A stretch of DNA of 64,000 nt from a virus, in the IMG/VR virus record IMGVR_UViG_3300049139_000178, positions 30,962 to 94,961 of that record; one strand, written 5' to 3'. Below, in pieces: positions 1 to 9,168 of this stretch. The position numbers were made by a program, and so were the translations under genes. Below the pieces are notes generated by a model. That model was not told the DNA's origin. It worked only from the letters and a program-made list of their open reading frames with translations, and searched no databases. The stretch's first letter is position 1; the number at the start of each line of letters is the position of its first letter.

Positions 1-591
1 GACCAGGTGACCCCGGGACATCATCCACAGCGGGGAGCGGGTGTAGACCGCGTCCTCCCACACGCTGCCGAGCCCCTGCCCGTCCCCGCGCGCCATCGTG
101 GCGGTGAAGCCGACAGCCCGCGTGCCGGGCATCCCGCTGTAGCAGCCGAGTCCGGCGAGGATGTTGCGGTAGCTGACGGCCGCCGCGTGGTGGCACTCGT
201 CCACGATGACCAGACCGACCTTGCCGCACTTCTCCTGCGAGTCGACCAGGCGGTTGAACCGGGTCTCCCGGGCGAGGGTCTGCACCGAGCAGACCATGAC
301 GTCAGCAGCCACGTTGTCGGCCGCCGCCTTCACCTTGCCGACGAACAGGCTCGGTTCGGTCTGCTTCAGCTTGTTCAGCGTCTGGTCGGCCAGCTCGTCG
401 CGGTGCACAAGGATGACGACGCGGCTTCCTTCGGAAGCAAGGTGCTCGGCCGCCATGCGGGAGAACACGACCGTTTTCCCTGCGCCAGTTGGGAGCACAA
501 CGGCGGGCCGCTGCATGCCGTCAGCCCACGCGGCCTGGACGGCGTCGATGGCTTCGCGCTGGTACTCGCGAAGCGTCAGGGTCTGGCTCAC
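1..591 (-). CDS. SF2 DEAD/DEAH-box helicase (ResIII/UvsW-like), C-terminus beyond the window edge
   Basis: Manual translation from GTG at 591: MSQTLTLREYQREAI...VLPTGAGKT (motif I)...LVHRDEL...IVDECHH (motif II)...GFTAT (motif III). Open to position 1, so absent from the ORF track. Confidence 0.9.
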   Translation of the reverse strand, partial: MSQTLTLREYQREAIDAVQAAWADGMQRPAVVLPTGAGKTVVFSRMAAEHLASEGSRVVILVHRDELADQTLNKLKQTEPSLFVGKVKAAADNVAADVMVCSVQTLARETRFNRLVDSQEKCGKVGLVIVDECHHAAAVSYRNILAGLGCYSGMPGTRAVGFTATMARGDGQGLGSVWEDAVYTRSPLWMMSRGHLV

Positions 592-968
592 TGGTTCGTC
601 CGCCCCATCTCGCGCAGGATCCGCCGGGCCTCGCCGTCGGGGCACAGCGGAGGCGGGTAGTCGTGGATCAGGCATTCGCCCTGCTCGTTGACCGCGCACG
701 GCTTCGGGTCGGCCCACGCCATCAGCATCGGCGCGGTGGCCTCCAGTGCGACGTCCGCGCCCTGGCGCCAGAAGTGCGCCTCCGGCTGGTCCCAGTTGGG
801 GCGCAGCGCCTCGGGGACGGTCACGCCCCGGTACGTCTCCGGGCCGTCAGTCGGCGGTCCCGGCCAGACAGCCTTCCGGGAGTCCGCGAGGCTCTTCAGC
901 CGCTGCACGTGGTCGGGGCTGAGCGATTCGAGCAGGCTCAGCAGCTTGCGGTCGTCGTCGTTGCTCAT
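588..968 (-). CDS. hypothetical phage protein
   Basis: MSNDDDRKLL...; stop overlaps the helicase start (GTGA coupling). Confidence 0.65.
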   Translation of the reverse strand: MSNDDDRKLLSLLESLSPDHVQRLKSLADSRKAVWPGPPTDGPETYRGVTVPEALRPNWDQPEAHFWRQGADVALEATAPMLMAWADPKPCAVNEQGECLIHDYPPPLCPDGEARRILREMGRTNQ

Positions 969-1294
969 GCGGCCGTCGCCCTCTCGTGCCGGTCCCCAGC
1001 GCGGGTCCACGCCAACTGTGCGGGCGAGAAAGCCACCCGAACGTCGAACCCGTGGCGGATGATCAGGTGCTCCCACAGGTCGGCGAAGTGCTCGCCGTCC
1101 GTCGCGCCGTTGTACGGCACGGTCCAGTAGCAGTACGCGCAGTCGGCGTGCGGGCCTGTGGAGTGGGCGGCCAGCCGCCGCTCCCGGCCCAGCGCGTCGA
1201 CCAGTTCCCAGTCCCGGCCCTCCGGGCTCGGGTCCAGCACGTCGGAACCGATGAGGTTCAGCGTGTCCGCGTAGGCGGTCTCTTCCTTGGTCAT
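965..1294 (-). CDS. hypothetical protein with CxxC motif
   Basis: MTKEETAY...HADCAYC; GGAGG upstream; ATGA overlap with next gene. Confidence 0.65.
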   Translation of the reverse strand: MTKEETAYADTLNLIGSDVLDPSPEGRDWELVDALGRERRLAAHSTGPHADCAYCYWTVPYNGATDGEHFADLWEHLIIRHGFDVRVAFSPAQLAWTRAGDRHERATAA

Positions 1295-1521
1295 GAGTCC
1301 GTGATCCTCCCAGCGGGGTGCACAATCACCGAACCCGCACCTCAGGAGGGAGCTGCGGGGCCTGCGACGTCGCCCCATCTGCGCCCGGCGTCCCGGGATT
1401 CCTTGGTCAATGGTCGGTGGGGCTCCGTCGGGCCCTCTGTCCGTTATGGTACCCAGTGTATAAGCGTGTGTAAACGCGGGTATCATCGCTTCGCATACTT
1501 ACACACCATCAAGGAGGAGCA

Positions 1522-1746
1522 GTGGAAGAGTTCCTGACGGTCGACCAGGTCGCGTTCCTCGCGGAAGTGCATCCGGGGTCCGTGTACCGGTGGCTGGACA
1601 ACCCGGACGTGCCACTGACCAAGCACAAGACGCCCAACGGCCGCGTACGCATCCTCCGGACCGAGGCGGAGGAGTGGATCCGGATGCGCAACACACCCAT
1701 CGTCGTCTCCGCCGGCTCTCCGGCCGCCACGGGCGTCGGTGCGTGA
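1522..1746 (+). CDS. excisionase/MerR-like helix-turn-helix DNA-binding protein
   Basis: FLTVDQVAFLAEVHPGSVYRWL...GRVRI pattern; strong AGGAGGAG RBS; divergent from the helicase operon. Confidence 0.8.
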   Translation: MEEFLTVDQVAFLAEVHPGSVYRWLDNPDVPLTKHKTPNGRVRILRTEAEEWIRMRNTPIVVSAGSPAATGVGA

Positions 1747-2228
1747 TGAACAGCCTGTACCAGACGGTCAAGCCGATACCCACCGCCGTCGCCGGGGTCA
1801 CCACCCGCTCGCGGTTAGAGGCCCGCTGGATCCTGTTCTTCGAACACGCGCGTATCCCGTGGGAGTACGAACCGCACACGTACCGCGTCGGCTCGCGGGG
1901 GTACCTGCCGGACTTCCGAATTCGGCCCCATCGCGGCGCTGACCAGGCATGGATGGAGATAAAGCCCGTCGCGGATACCTTTGACGACCCACGCTGGAAG
2001 GGTCTCGTCACCAAGACCGGCTTGATGCTGTTCACGGTGCGCGGCCTGCACCGCCTGGGTGACGTCTGCGGGCGGGATCACACCGTCCGCGTCTGGCACC
2101 CGAGCGGCATGGTCGCCGACGTTCACCGTATGTGGACCGGCCCCGAGTTCCGGACGGCGTGGGAGGCGGCTCACGCCGCACGATTCGACGGCCGGCGCCC
2201 GGCGGTCCGGAAGGGGAGGAGAGAGTAA
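1746..2228 (+). CDS. PD-(D/E)xK-type nuclease-like protein
   Basis: RSRLEARW...WEYEP...YLPDF...WMEIKP; in-frame TTA codon at 1815-1817. Confidence 0.7.
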   Translation: MNSLYQTVKPIPTAVAGVTTRSRLEARWILFFEHARIPWEYEPHTYRVGSRGYLPDFRIRPHRGADQAWMEIKPVADTFDDPRWKGLVTKTGLMLFTVRGLHRLGDVCGRDHTVRVWHPSGMVADVHRMWTGPEFRTAWEAAHAARFDGRRPAVRKGRRE

Positions 2229-2281
2229 GTGCCCAAGCCCCCGCAGACCAAGGAAGCAATGACCAAGGAATCGAGGAACCG

Positions 2282-5200
2282 ATGACCACGTACGTGGAAG
2301 CGAACGCGGGGCAGTTGTCAGACCACCATCTGGCGGAGCTGGACGCGAGTGAGATCGCGCCGGAGGTGCGTGAAGAACGCGGATACGAGACCCTGTACGG
2401 CACCGACGAGGACAAAGCCCTGCTGCGGCAGGAGAAGATCCCGGTCTGGGCTTGGCGTGAAGAGAGTGCGTTTCCGGGACTCCTTCTGCCGATGTACCGG
2501 GTGACCGGCGAGCGCATCGGCGCCATGTTCAAGCCCGGCATCCCGCAGGTGCACAACGAGAAGAAGGTGAAATACGCGACGCCGGTGGGCAAGTCGCGTC
2601 TGGACATCCCACCGACTGTGGCGCACCTCGTCCGTCCGACAGACCCCAAGGTCATTCTTGAGGCACCGCTGTGGATCACGGAGGGCATCAAGAAGGCTGA
2701 CGCCCTCGCATCCAAGGGTCTCGCCACCGTCACCCTGTCCGGGGTGTTCAACTGGCGCGCAACCCTCGGCACGCTCGGGGACTGGGAAGACATCCCGCTC
2801 AAGGGGCGCCGGGTCATCATCTGCTTCGACGCGGACGCCCGGCACAAGCCCAGTGTCCTCTCCGCCATGATCCGCCTGGGCCGGTGGCTGGAGACCCGGC
2901 GGGTTGAGAGCGTCTACTACCTGATCGTCCCCGAGGAGGTGAACGGGGCCCAGGTCAAAGGTGTGGACGACTATCTCCACGCCGGCGGCACTCTCGAAGG
3001 GCTGCGGGACGCGGCCACGCGGGAAGTCCCGTCCGACAACACCCGGGATGCCGCCTTCAGTGACGCCGTTCTGGTCGAGACGCTGTGCATGGAGGCTCTG
3101 GAAGGGAACTACCGGTGGGCCTCGGGCCTGGGGTGGTTGAACTGGAACGGCAGTGTCTGGGCCGAGTGCTCGGAGGCTCAGGTGCTGGAAGAAATCCGGT
3201 TGTGGGCCCGTGCGGGGTGGGATCGGACCCTGGAGGAGATGCGAGGGGGCAAGGACCTGCGCGGCCAGTTGGACGGCTGGAAGGGCGTCCTCTCGGCCGG
3301 CAAGTTGGGCAGCCTGCTGAAACTGGCCCGGGGCGTCGCAGGGATTCTGGCCGACGCGAACGATTTCGACTACGACCCGGACGTCATCAACTGCCGAAAC
3401 GGCATCCTGGACCTGCGTACGGGTGTCCTGACCCCGCACGACCCGGACCGGTTGATGACGAAGATCACCGGTTGCGACTACGTGAAGGGCGCCACGCACC
3501 CCGACTGGACCACGGCTCTGGAGGCCGTCCCGGACGACTCCCGCGACTGGTTCCAGATCCGCAGCGGCCAGGCCATCACCGGCCACACCCCGCCGGACGA
3601 CATGATCCTCATCTGCCAGGGCGGCGGGTCCAACGGCAAGTCGTCCGTCATGGACTCCATCGCGATGGCCGCCGGGAAGAGGGGCGGCTACCACACGGTC
3701 GTCTCCGACAAGGCCCTGCTGGGGAACGCTTCCGACGGTCACTCCACGGAGATGATGCCGTTCATGGGCGCGCGTCTCGCCGTGCTGGAGGAGACCCCGG
3801 AGGCCAAGCGGCTGGACGTGAACCGGGTCAAGAAACTCGCGGGCACGGATCAGATCACCGCGCGCAAGATCCGCCAGGACAACATCACCTTCGCCACGAC
3901 GCACAGCCTGGTCATCAACACCAACTTCAAGCCCCTGGTGGACGAGACGGACCACGGCACATGGCGGCGTCTGGCCATGCTGGTGTTCCCGTTCACGTTC
4001 AGGAAGCCCGGGGAGGCGTGCACGGGGCCGAACGACAAGGCCGGTGACCCGAACCTGCGCCAGCGCCTGCGGGCTGACGAGCGGGTCGCCGAGGCCGTCC
4101 TGGCATGGCTCGTGGAGGGCGCCCGCAAGTGGTACGCGGCCGACATGATCCTGCCCCCGCCTCCGAGGCGGGTGGAGAAGGACACCCTGGAGTGGCGCCG
4201 TGAGTCGGACCTGATCCTGTCCTTCATCGGGGACGTCCTGGAGTTCGACTGGAACAGCCACATCGCCGCCCGGGAGCTGCACGAGGTCTTCAACAAGTAC
4301 CTCGTCGACAAGGGTCACCGGGAGTGGACCGACCGCACGTTCGTGAGCCGTTTCGGAAGCCACGACGAGTGCTCCCGGAACTCGGTCCAGCGGAAGAAGA
4401 TCAGGGCTCGGGACGGGCGGTCGACGCTGGGCGGACCCGCACCCACGGGCGTCAACTACTACGCGTGGCTAGGGATCAAGTTCCAGGACCCGAACGGAAA
4501 CGGCCAGGTCAGCGAGGAAGAGTCGGGAGGTGTACCGCCTGTACCCTCTCCTCCGGTTAACGGTGAAACTGTCTCTCGTATAGAGGTAACCGACGCAGGA
4601 GGTACAGGGGGTACACCTCCTCAACGCGACCCTGAAGCGGACCCGTTTGGGGATGATCCTTTCGCCGAAGCGGAAGCACCCCGCGTGGCCACCGTGCCTG
4701 CTCCGGCACCGTCCCCGGAGAGCGTCCCGCCCCGCGCCGGCGGCGTGATCGGATTCGACATCGAGTCACACTCGGCCAAGCGGCTGTTCACCCACACCGA
4801 CCTCGGCGGGGACCCGTACACCAAGCTGTCCGGCTACGTCACCGAGGACGGGACCGAGGTCGTCGTCAACTCCGTGCAGGAGCTGATCAAGCGTCTGGAA
4901 GACGCCGACGAGATCTACGGCCACAACCTGCTCGGGTTCGACCTCATGGCTCTCGCCCGTCACCACGGCGCCGACTACGACAAGCTGGCCGCCAAGACGG
5001 TGGATACCATGCGATGGGCGATGACTGTTGACCCGCCGGGCGCCAAGGGCGAAAAGCCGTGGTCCGCCAAGGGCTATTACAGTCTGGACGGCCTTGCCGC
5101 CCGGCTGGGCATGCCCGGCAAGACGGACGACCTCCGGGCCCTCGCCATCAAGCACGCCCCGGAGGAGATCGACGGGCGCAAGCTGACCGACGACGAGCGG

Positions 5201-6652
5201 GCCGAGATCGGATACGGCCGGATCCCCGAGGATGACCCCGAGTACCGCTCGTACTTCAGCGGCGACCTGAAGGCGACCCGGGGCGTGCGGCGCGCTCTGG
5301 GTGAGCCCTCGGACTACGTCCGGCGCGAGATGCGCGTGGCCCACCTCCAGCACCGCATGACGTACAACGGCTGGCGCGTGGACGTCCCCGAACTGACCAG
5401 GCTGGTGCAGGCTGAGGCCGACAAGCGGCAGGAGTCGCTGGAGTGGTTGCATGAGAACTGCGGCGTGCCGCTGACTAGGTCGGTCGGCAAGGGCCGGGGA
5501 AAGAACCGCGTCTTCACGGACGAGCCGGTGCTTGCCCCCTTGTCCACCAATGAGGGCCGGGACGCCCTCATCCGGGCGTTCGCCGATCGGGGCCTGCCGT
5601 ACTACCTCAAGACGGCGTCCGGGACACTCGCCACCAGCAAAGACGCGCTGGGTGAGGGTGCCTACCTGGTGGGCAAGGGCAAAGAGACCCGCGAAATGCC
5701 CGCCCTTCTCAACCCGAACCGCCGCCCGTTCCACCCGGACGCGGACTGGGCGGCGATCGAGGAGATGGCGGGCCACATCGTCACCGTGACGTCTTCGGTG
5801 CAGAAGTACGCGGAGATCCAGAAGCACCTCATCGGGGACCGGGTGCACCCGAAGGTCGGTGACCTCCAGGCGTCCGGTCGGTGGGCGTACATCAACCCGT
5901 CAGTGACCAACATGGGCAAGCGTGGCGGCAAGGTCCACCAGCGGCGCCCGATGATCGCCGATGACGGCATGCTGCTGGTTGCGTTCGACCTGGACCAGGT
6001 CGACATGCGCGCCGTGGCCGGACACAGCCAGGACGAGGCGTACATGGCGCTGTTCGGGCCGGGCATGGATGCGCACAGCATGGTCACCGATGCCGTGTTC
6101 GGCCGGGACAACTGCGGGTGCACGGGACCGAAGCACACCTGTGAGTGGCGGGACAAGGCCAAAGCATCCGGTCACGGCTGGAACTACGGCATGGGCGTGG
6201 ACAGTCTTGTCCTCCGCCAGGGTGTCGAGCGGGCGGTGGCTCAGCAGTTCGACGACCAGATGAACGCACAGTTCCCGGGGCTGTGCGCCTGGAGGACTGA
6301 AGTCCGCGAGCGGGGCAAGGCCGGCGAGCTGCTGGACAACGGCTTCGGCCGGCTTATGCGCTGCAACCCCGACCGTGCCTGGACGCAGGCTCCGGCGCTG
6401 ATGGGCCAGGGTGGCGCCCGGGACATCATGTGCGAGGCGCTGTTGCGGCTCGTCGACCGGGCCCCGGAGGCCACGGAGTGGCTGCGATGCGTCGTGCACG
6501 ACGAGGTCGTCCTGTGCGTCCCCGAACACCGCGTGGAGGAGACCACGGCCACCGTGCTGGAGGCTTTCACGTTCGAGTTCAAGGGCGTGCCGATCACGGC
6601 AGGCGCCTCCAAGGCGGCCGTGTCGTGGGACGCGTGCTACGCGAAGGACTGA
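2282..6652 (+). CDS. primase (DUF3854/TOPRIM-like) - D5-like SF3 helicase - 3'-5' exonuclease - family A DNA polymerase fusion
   Basis: WITEGIKKADAL, ICFDAD, KGVDDYL (TOPRIM); INCRNGILDL...HDP (D5_N); GGGSNGKS (Walker A); FDIES/GHNLLGFD/YFSGD (Exo I-III); DLDQVDMR, KASGHGWNYG, VHDEV (PolA motifs A, B, C). No stop between domains; GAGGA RBS before ATG 2282. Confidence 0.92.
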   Translation: MTTYVEANAGQLSDHHLAELDASEIAPEVREERGYETLYGTDEDKALLRQEKIPVWAWREESAFPGLLLPMYRVTGERIGAMFKPGIPQVHNEKKVKYATPVGKSRLDIPPTVAHLVRPTDPKVILEAPLWITEGIKKADALASKGLATVTLSGVFNWRATLGTLGDWEDIPLKGRRVIICFDADARHKPSVLSAMIRLGRWLETRRVESVYYLIVPEEVNGAQVKGVDDYLHAGGTLEGLRDAATREVPSDNTRDAAFSDAVLVETLCMEALEGNYRWASGLGWLNWNGSVWAECSEAQVLEEIRLWARAGWDRTLEEMRGGKDLRGQLDGWKGVLSAGKLGSLLKLARGVAGILADANDFDYDPDVINCRNGILDLRTGVLTPHDPDRLMTKITGCDYVKGATHPDWTTALEAVPDDSRDWFQIRSGQAITGHTPPDDMILICQGGGSNGKSSVMDSIAMAAGKRGGYHTVVSDKALLGNASDGHSTEMMPFMGARLAVLEETPEAKRLDVNRVKKLAGTDQITARKIRQDNITFATTHSLVINTNFKPLVDETDHGTWRRLAMLVFPFTFRKPGEACTGPNDKAGDPNLRQRLRADERVAEAVLAWLVEGARKWYAADMILPPPPRRVEKDTLEWRRESDLILSFIGDVLEFDWNSHIAARELHEVFNKYLVDKGHREWTDRTFVSRFGSHDECSRNSVQRKKIRARDGRSTLGGPAPTGVNYYAWLGIKFQDPNGNGQVSEEESGGVPPVPSPPVNGETVSRIEVTDAGGTGGTPPQRDPEADPFGDDPFAEAEAPRVATVPAPAPSPESVPPRAGGVIGFDIESHSAKRLFTHTDLGGDPYTKLSGYVTEDGTEVVVNSVQELIKRLEDADEIYGHNLLGFDLMALARHHGADYDKLAAKTVDTMRWAMTVDPPGAKGEKPWSAKGYYSLDGLAARLGMPGKTDDLRALAIKHAPEEIDGRKLTDDERAEIGYGRIPEDDPEYRSYFSGDLKATRGVRRALGEPSDYVRREMRVAHLQHRMTYNGWRVDVPELTRLVQAEADKRQESLEWLHENCGVPLTRSVGKGRGKNRVFTDEPVLAPLSTNEGRDALIRAFADRGLPYYLKTASGTLATSKDALGEGAYLVGKGKETREMPALLNPNRRPFHPDADWAAIEEMAGHIVTVTSSVQKYAEIQKHLIGDRVHPKVGDLQASGRWAYINPSVTNMGKRGGKVHQRRPMIADDGMLLVAFDLDQVDMRAVAGHSQDEAYMALFGPGMDAHSMVTDAVFGRDNCGCTGPKHTCEWRDKAKASGHGWNYGMGVDSLVLRQGVERAVAQQFDDQMNAQFPGLCAWRTEVRERGKAGELLDNGFGRLMRCNPDRAWTQAPALMGQGGARDIMCEALLRLVDRAPEATEWLRCVVHDEVVLCVPEHRVEETTATVLEAFTFEFKGVPITAGASKAAVSWDACYAKD
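4526..4620. repeat. palindromic origin-like element, copy 1 (inside the helicase-polymerase linker)
   Basis: GGAGGTGTACCGCCTGTACC ... GGTACAGGGGGTACACCTCC inverted arms with TGTACC units around an AT-richer core; related copy at 49943-50025. Confidence 0.7.
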
Positions 6653-6657
6653 CGGCC

Positions 6658-6867
6658 ATGGCTGACGTGATCGAGTGCCCCCTGTGCGGGGACCTGGTGG
6701 ACACGGGCGCGATGGACGACTCGCTCAAGGGCTCGCACGTCCCGGGGCACGGGCCCGGCGGGTGGCGGCTGTGCGAGGCCTCGGGGCTGCCCGTCGATGA
6801 GGCCCTCGCCATAGCCATCTTGCGTGCAGAGGGCGGCGAGCGTCTGCGTCTGGCGGCTCACCCGTAG
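6658..6867 (+). CDS. small Cys/His (Zn-binding) protein
   Basis: MADVIECPLCG...H...C directly after the polymerase stop. Confidence 0.65.
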   Translation: MADVIECPLCGDLVDTGAMDDSLKGSHVPGHGPGGWRLCEASGLPVDEALAIAILRAEGGERLRLAAHP

Positions 6868-6895
6868 ATGCGGTGCCGGGACAGCTCCGAGGGGG

Positions 6896-6930
6896 TTGTC
6901 CCGGCGTCTCGGCCATGGTTTAATTAAATC
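6896..6930 (+). promoter_or_regulatory. conserved promoter/operator TTGnnn-N12-nnTGRTTTAATTAAATC
   Basis: TTGTCC-12 nt-CATGGTTTAATTAAATC; one of nine copies with identical spacing. Confidence 0.75.
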
Positions 6931-6978
6931 GAATGGTTCGGGCCGGTCGGCCCGGCTACGACCAAGGAAGGCGGGACC

Positions 6979-7143
6979 GTGTCGTACAAGCCCGGAAGCT
7001 ACAGCCAGGATCTCCGTTCCGACCACCAGAACGGCGACCACGTTGAGCAGAGCGCGACCCACTGCCCCTCGTGTCTCTTCCCCTCCCTCTCCCGTCAGCC
7101 CTCGAATGAAGAACTGCTCCGCGTCGCGCAGGAAGAGGACTGA
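6979..7143 (+). CDS. small hypothetical protein (54 aa)
   Basis: GTG TCG TAC AAG...HCPSC...TGA; preceded by GACCAAGGAAGG. Confidence 0.5.
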   Translation: MSYKPGSYSQDLRSDHQNGDHVEQSATHCPSCLFPSLSRQPSNEELLRVAQEED

Positions 7144-7146
7144 CCC

Positions 7147-7671
7147 ATGAGTGCTGACACCTACGACCTCGGCCACATCGCGAGCGGTATCGACCGCATC
7201 GAGCGGGCACGGAAGACCATCGACCGCCGGAAGTACACCGACAAGGTGGGCAACGACTGGACCGCCGGTATCGAGGGCATGAAGCACCCGAAGGTCGTCG
7301 GCGTCTACGGCGAGGCGGTGCTGGACTACAGCGACGATGGTGCCCGGTTCCAGGTGAACGGCTACACCCATGGCGGGCATCACCTCTATCGCCGGGAGTT
7401 CGCATCGCTGGACGCGGCCCTGCGCAACGGCTCTCGTGTGGCTCACGACGGCCCGACGCCTGCCGAGCGCGTGGAGGCGTGGAACCTGACGTATCCCGAG
7501 GGCCGGGCCGTGCGCTACTGGACCGGGGCGCGCGAGGGCGCTGGCGCGACGGGGCGCACTCGCAGCGCGGCGTGGGTCGCCGAGGGCCACACCGCCGTCG
7601 TCCAGGTCACCGGTCACGGTGCCTGGATCGCCCTGACCCACGTCGACCCGATCCCGGAGACGGAGGGCTGA
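7147..7671 (+). CDS. hypothetical phage protein
   Basis: ORF with GAGGA RBS in a compact operon. Confidence 0.7.
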   Translation: MSADTYDLGHIASGIDRIERARKTIDRRKYTDKVGNDWTAGIEGMKHPKVVGVYGEAVLDYSDDGARFQVNGYTHGGHHLYRREFASLDAALRNGSRVAHDGPTPAERVEAWNLTYPEGRAVRYWTGAREGAGATGRTRSAAWVAEGHTAVVQVTGHGAWIALTHVDPIPETEG

Positions 7672-7674
7672 GCG

Positions 7675-7872
7675 GTGACCGCGTTCGTGCGCGCCTTCGT
7701 CTTCTGCGACGACTGCGGTCAACCCCTCGACACCGACACCGTGCCGGCCGCCAGCAGCATCAGCGAGGCCCTGCGCGACGCCAAGCGGCGGGGCTGGGTC
7801 CGAAAGCGCGGGCGTTGCGACCTCTGCGGGGGTTGCAAGGTCAAGACCAAGGAAGCGAGGAACGAGGAATGA
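7675..7872 (+). CDS. small Zn-finger protein
   Basis: CDDC...GW...DLCGGC. Confidence 0.65.
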   Translation: MTAFVRAFVFCDDCGQPLDTDTVPAASSISEALRDAKRRGWVRKRGRCDLCGGCKVKTKEARNEE

Positions 7873-8177
7873 GCGACGACAAGGGGCACGGCTACACGTG
7901 GGCGGACCTGCGCGAGCGGCCGGCCGACGAACTGGGTGTCGGGGATACGTGGGTTAACCCGGATGCGTTCACGGTGTACCGGGTCGACAAGGACGGCAAC
8001 GTGTACCCCGGTCTGTCTCCGCTGGACGGCTACGCGTGGACCATCACGGCTCGCGACGGGAACACCGTCACGGCCCGGCGCCATGACAGGCGACAGGCGG
8101 AGACCGCGACGATCCCCGAGGGGCAGCGCGTCCTCGCCGTCGTGCGCACGACCGACGAAACGGGGGCCGGGGTATGA
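7869..8177 (+). CDS. hypothetical protein
   Basis: MSDDKGHG...; ATGA coupling; GACCAAGGAA and GAGGA upstream. Confidence 0.65.
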   Translation: MSDDKGHGYTWADLRERPADELGVGDTWVNPDAFTVYRVDKDGNVYPGLSPLDGYAWTITARDGNTVTARRHDRRQAETATIPEGQRVLAVVRTTDETGAGV

Positions 8178-8608
8178 GCGTCCACTTGGAGTGCGACCGC
8201 TGCGGGTTCCAGGAGCAGACCGGCAGCGTGATGCTGTTCGCCGGACTCACTGGCCCCGGGATCCCGACGGCCCGCCCCGAGCTACCGGTCGGCTGGACAC
8301 GGCCCCGGCTCCCCACCGAGGACGACGAGCTGCGCGACCAGGAGCTGTGCCCCGGGTGCAAGGCGGACCTGTTCGCGTTCATGCGCGGCGTCGCCGTCCC
8401 GGGCCGGACGGTTCCGGTGGAGGTTTGTCAGGGCTGCGGGCACCACGCGGGCGAGGGGTGCGGCTGTCCGCCGAACCGGATCTGCCCCGGCTGCGGGCAC
8501 CTGCGTCACGCGGACCCGTGCCCCGACCACGTCTCCGAGGTCGGCCCGTGCGGCTGCAAGGAACTGACGACCCGCAAGCAGATGAAGGAGCTGGGGATCT
8601 ATGACTGA
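8174..8608 (+). CDS. Cys-rich multi Zn-finger protein
   Basis: CDRC, CPGC, CQGCGH, CPGCGH and CGC motifs. Confidence 0.7.
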   Translation: MSVHLECDRCGFQEQTGSVMLFAGLTGPGIPTARPELPVGWTRPRLPTEDDELRDQELCPGCKADLFAFMRGVAVPGRTVPVEVCQGCGHHAGEGCGCPPNRICPGCGHLRHADPCPDHVSEVGPCGCKELTTRKQMKELGIYD

Positions 8609-9017
8609 ACCGAGGCGCACGCGGCTGGTCGTGGACATCGAGTGGCGCGGCCACCCCAACGCCGAGCCCGGGGACGAGTACTACGCGGACGCCGAGCTGC
8701 CCGAGGTGGCGACGCGGTGGATCACAGATGCGTTCTACGACCGCGACGACTCTCCTCAGGTCACCGTGACCGACGTCGGCGAACCCGGACCCGACGCTGA
8801 TGGGCCCGGGACCGAGGACGTCATCTATGAAGTCGTCGGTGGATGGGGTGTGAGCAGCGCGGACAGTGCAGAGGACGCTCGCCGGAAGGTCGCGGAGGCG
8901 TTGCGGGACTACCCGCACAGCGGGGCACGGGCTCAACAGCGTGTGTATCGCGACTGGCCTGACGGCTCCGAGTACTACGGCCCGTGGACGGACTTGCCGG
9001 AGGAGACTGATGACTGA
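8601..9017 (+). CDS. acidic hypothetical protein
   Basis: Overlapping operon ORF followed by a terminator. Confidence 0.65.
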   Translation: MTEPRRTRLVVDIEWRGHPNAEPGDEYYADAELPEVATRWITDAFYDRDDSPQVTVTDVGEPGPDADGPGTEDVIYEVVGGWGVSSADSAEDARRKVAEALRDYPHSGARAQQRVYRDWPDGSEYYGPWTDLPEETDD

Positions 9018-9038
9018 CTGATCGTCCGACGAATCACC

Positions 9039-9074
9039 GAGCCCCGGAGCCCTACGGCCCGGGGCTTCGTCGTG
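9039..9074 (+). terminator. GAAGCCCCGG-family hairpin terminator
   Basis: GAGCCCCGG...CCGGGGCTTCGTCGTG. Confidence 0.65.
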
Positions 9075-9100
9075 CACCGCTCGCCCCGCTCACGGGGCCG

Positions 9101-9134
9101 CCGGAACGATCATGGGCTGCTCCGGTCTTAACAT
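9101..9134 (+). promoter_or_regulatory. putative promoter CCGGAACGATCATGGG-N10-CTTAACAT
   Basis: The 16-mer recurs exactly at 42241 with the same spacing to a TANNNT hexamer. Confidence 0.5.
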
Positions 9135-9168
9135 CGCCCGCGTCCGTCGACCAGGCGAAGGGGCCGCG

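Noticed and set aside
2132-2281. Longer start for the replicase given in the ORF track
   Set aside because: Overlaps the nuclease gene; ATG 2282 has the RBS and two leader motifs directly upstream.
4480-4760. Possible intein or mis-join between helicase and polymerase
   Set aside because: No Cys/Ser...His-Asn splice motifs or homing endonuclease; it is a Pro/acidic linker containing the palindromic element. Read-level confirmation is still desirable.
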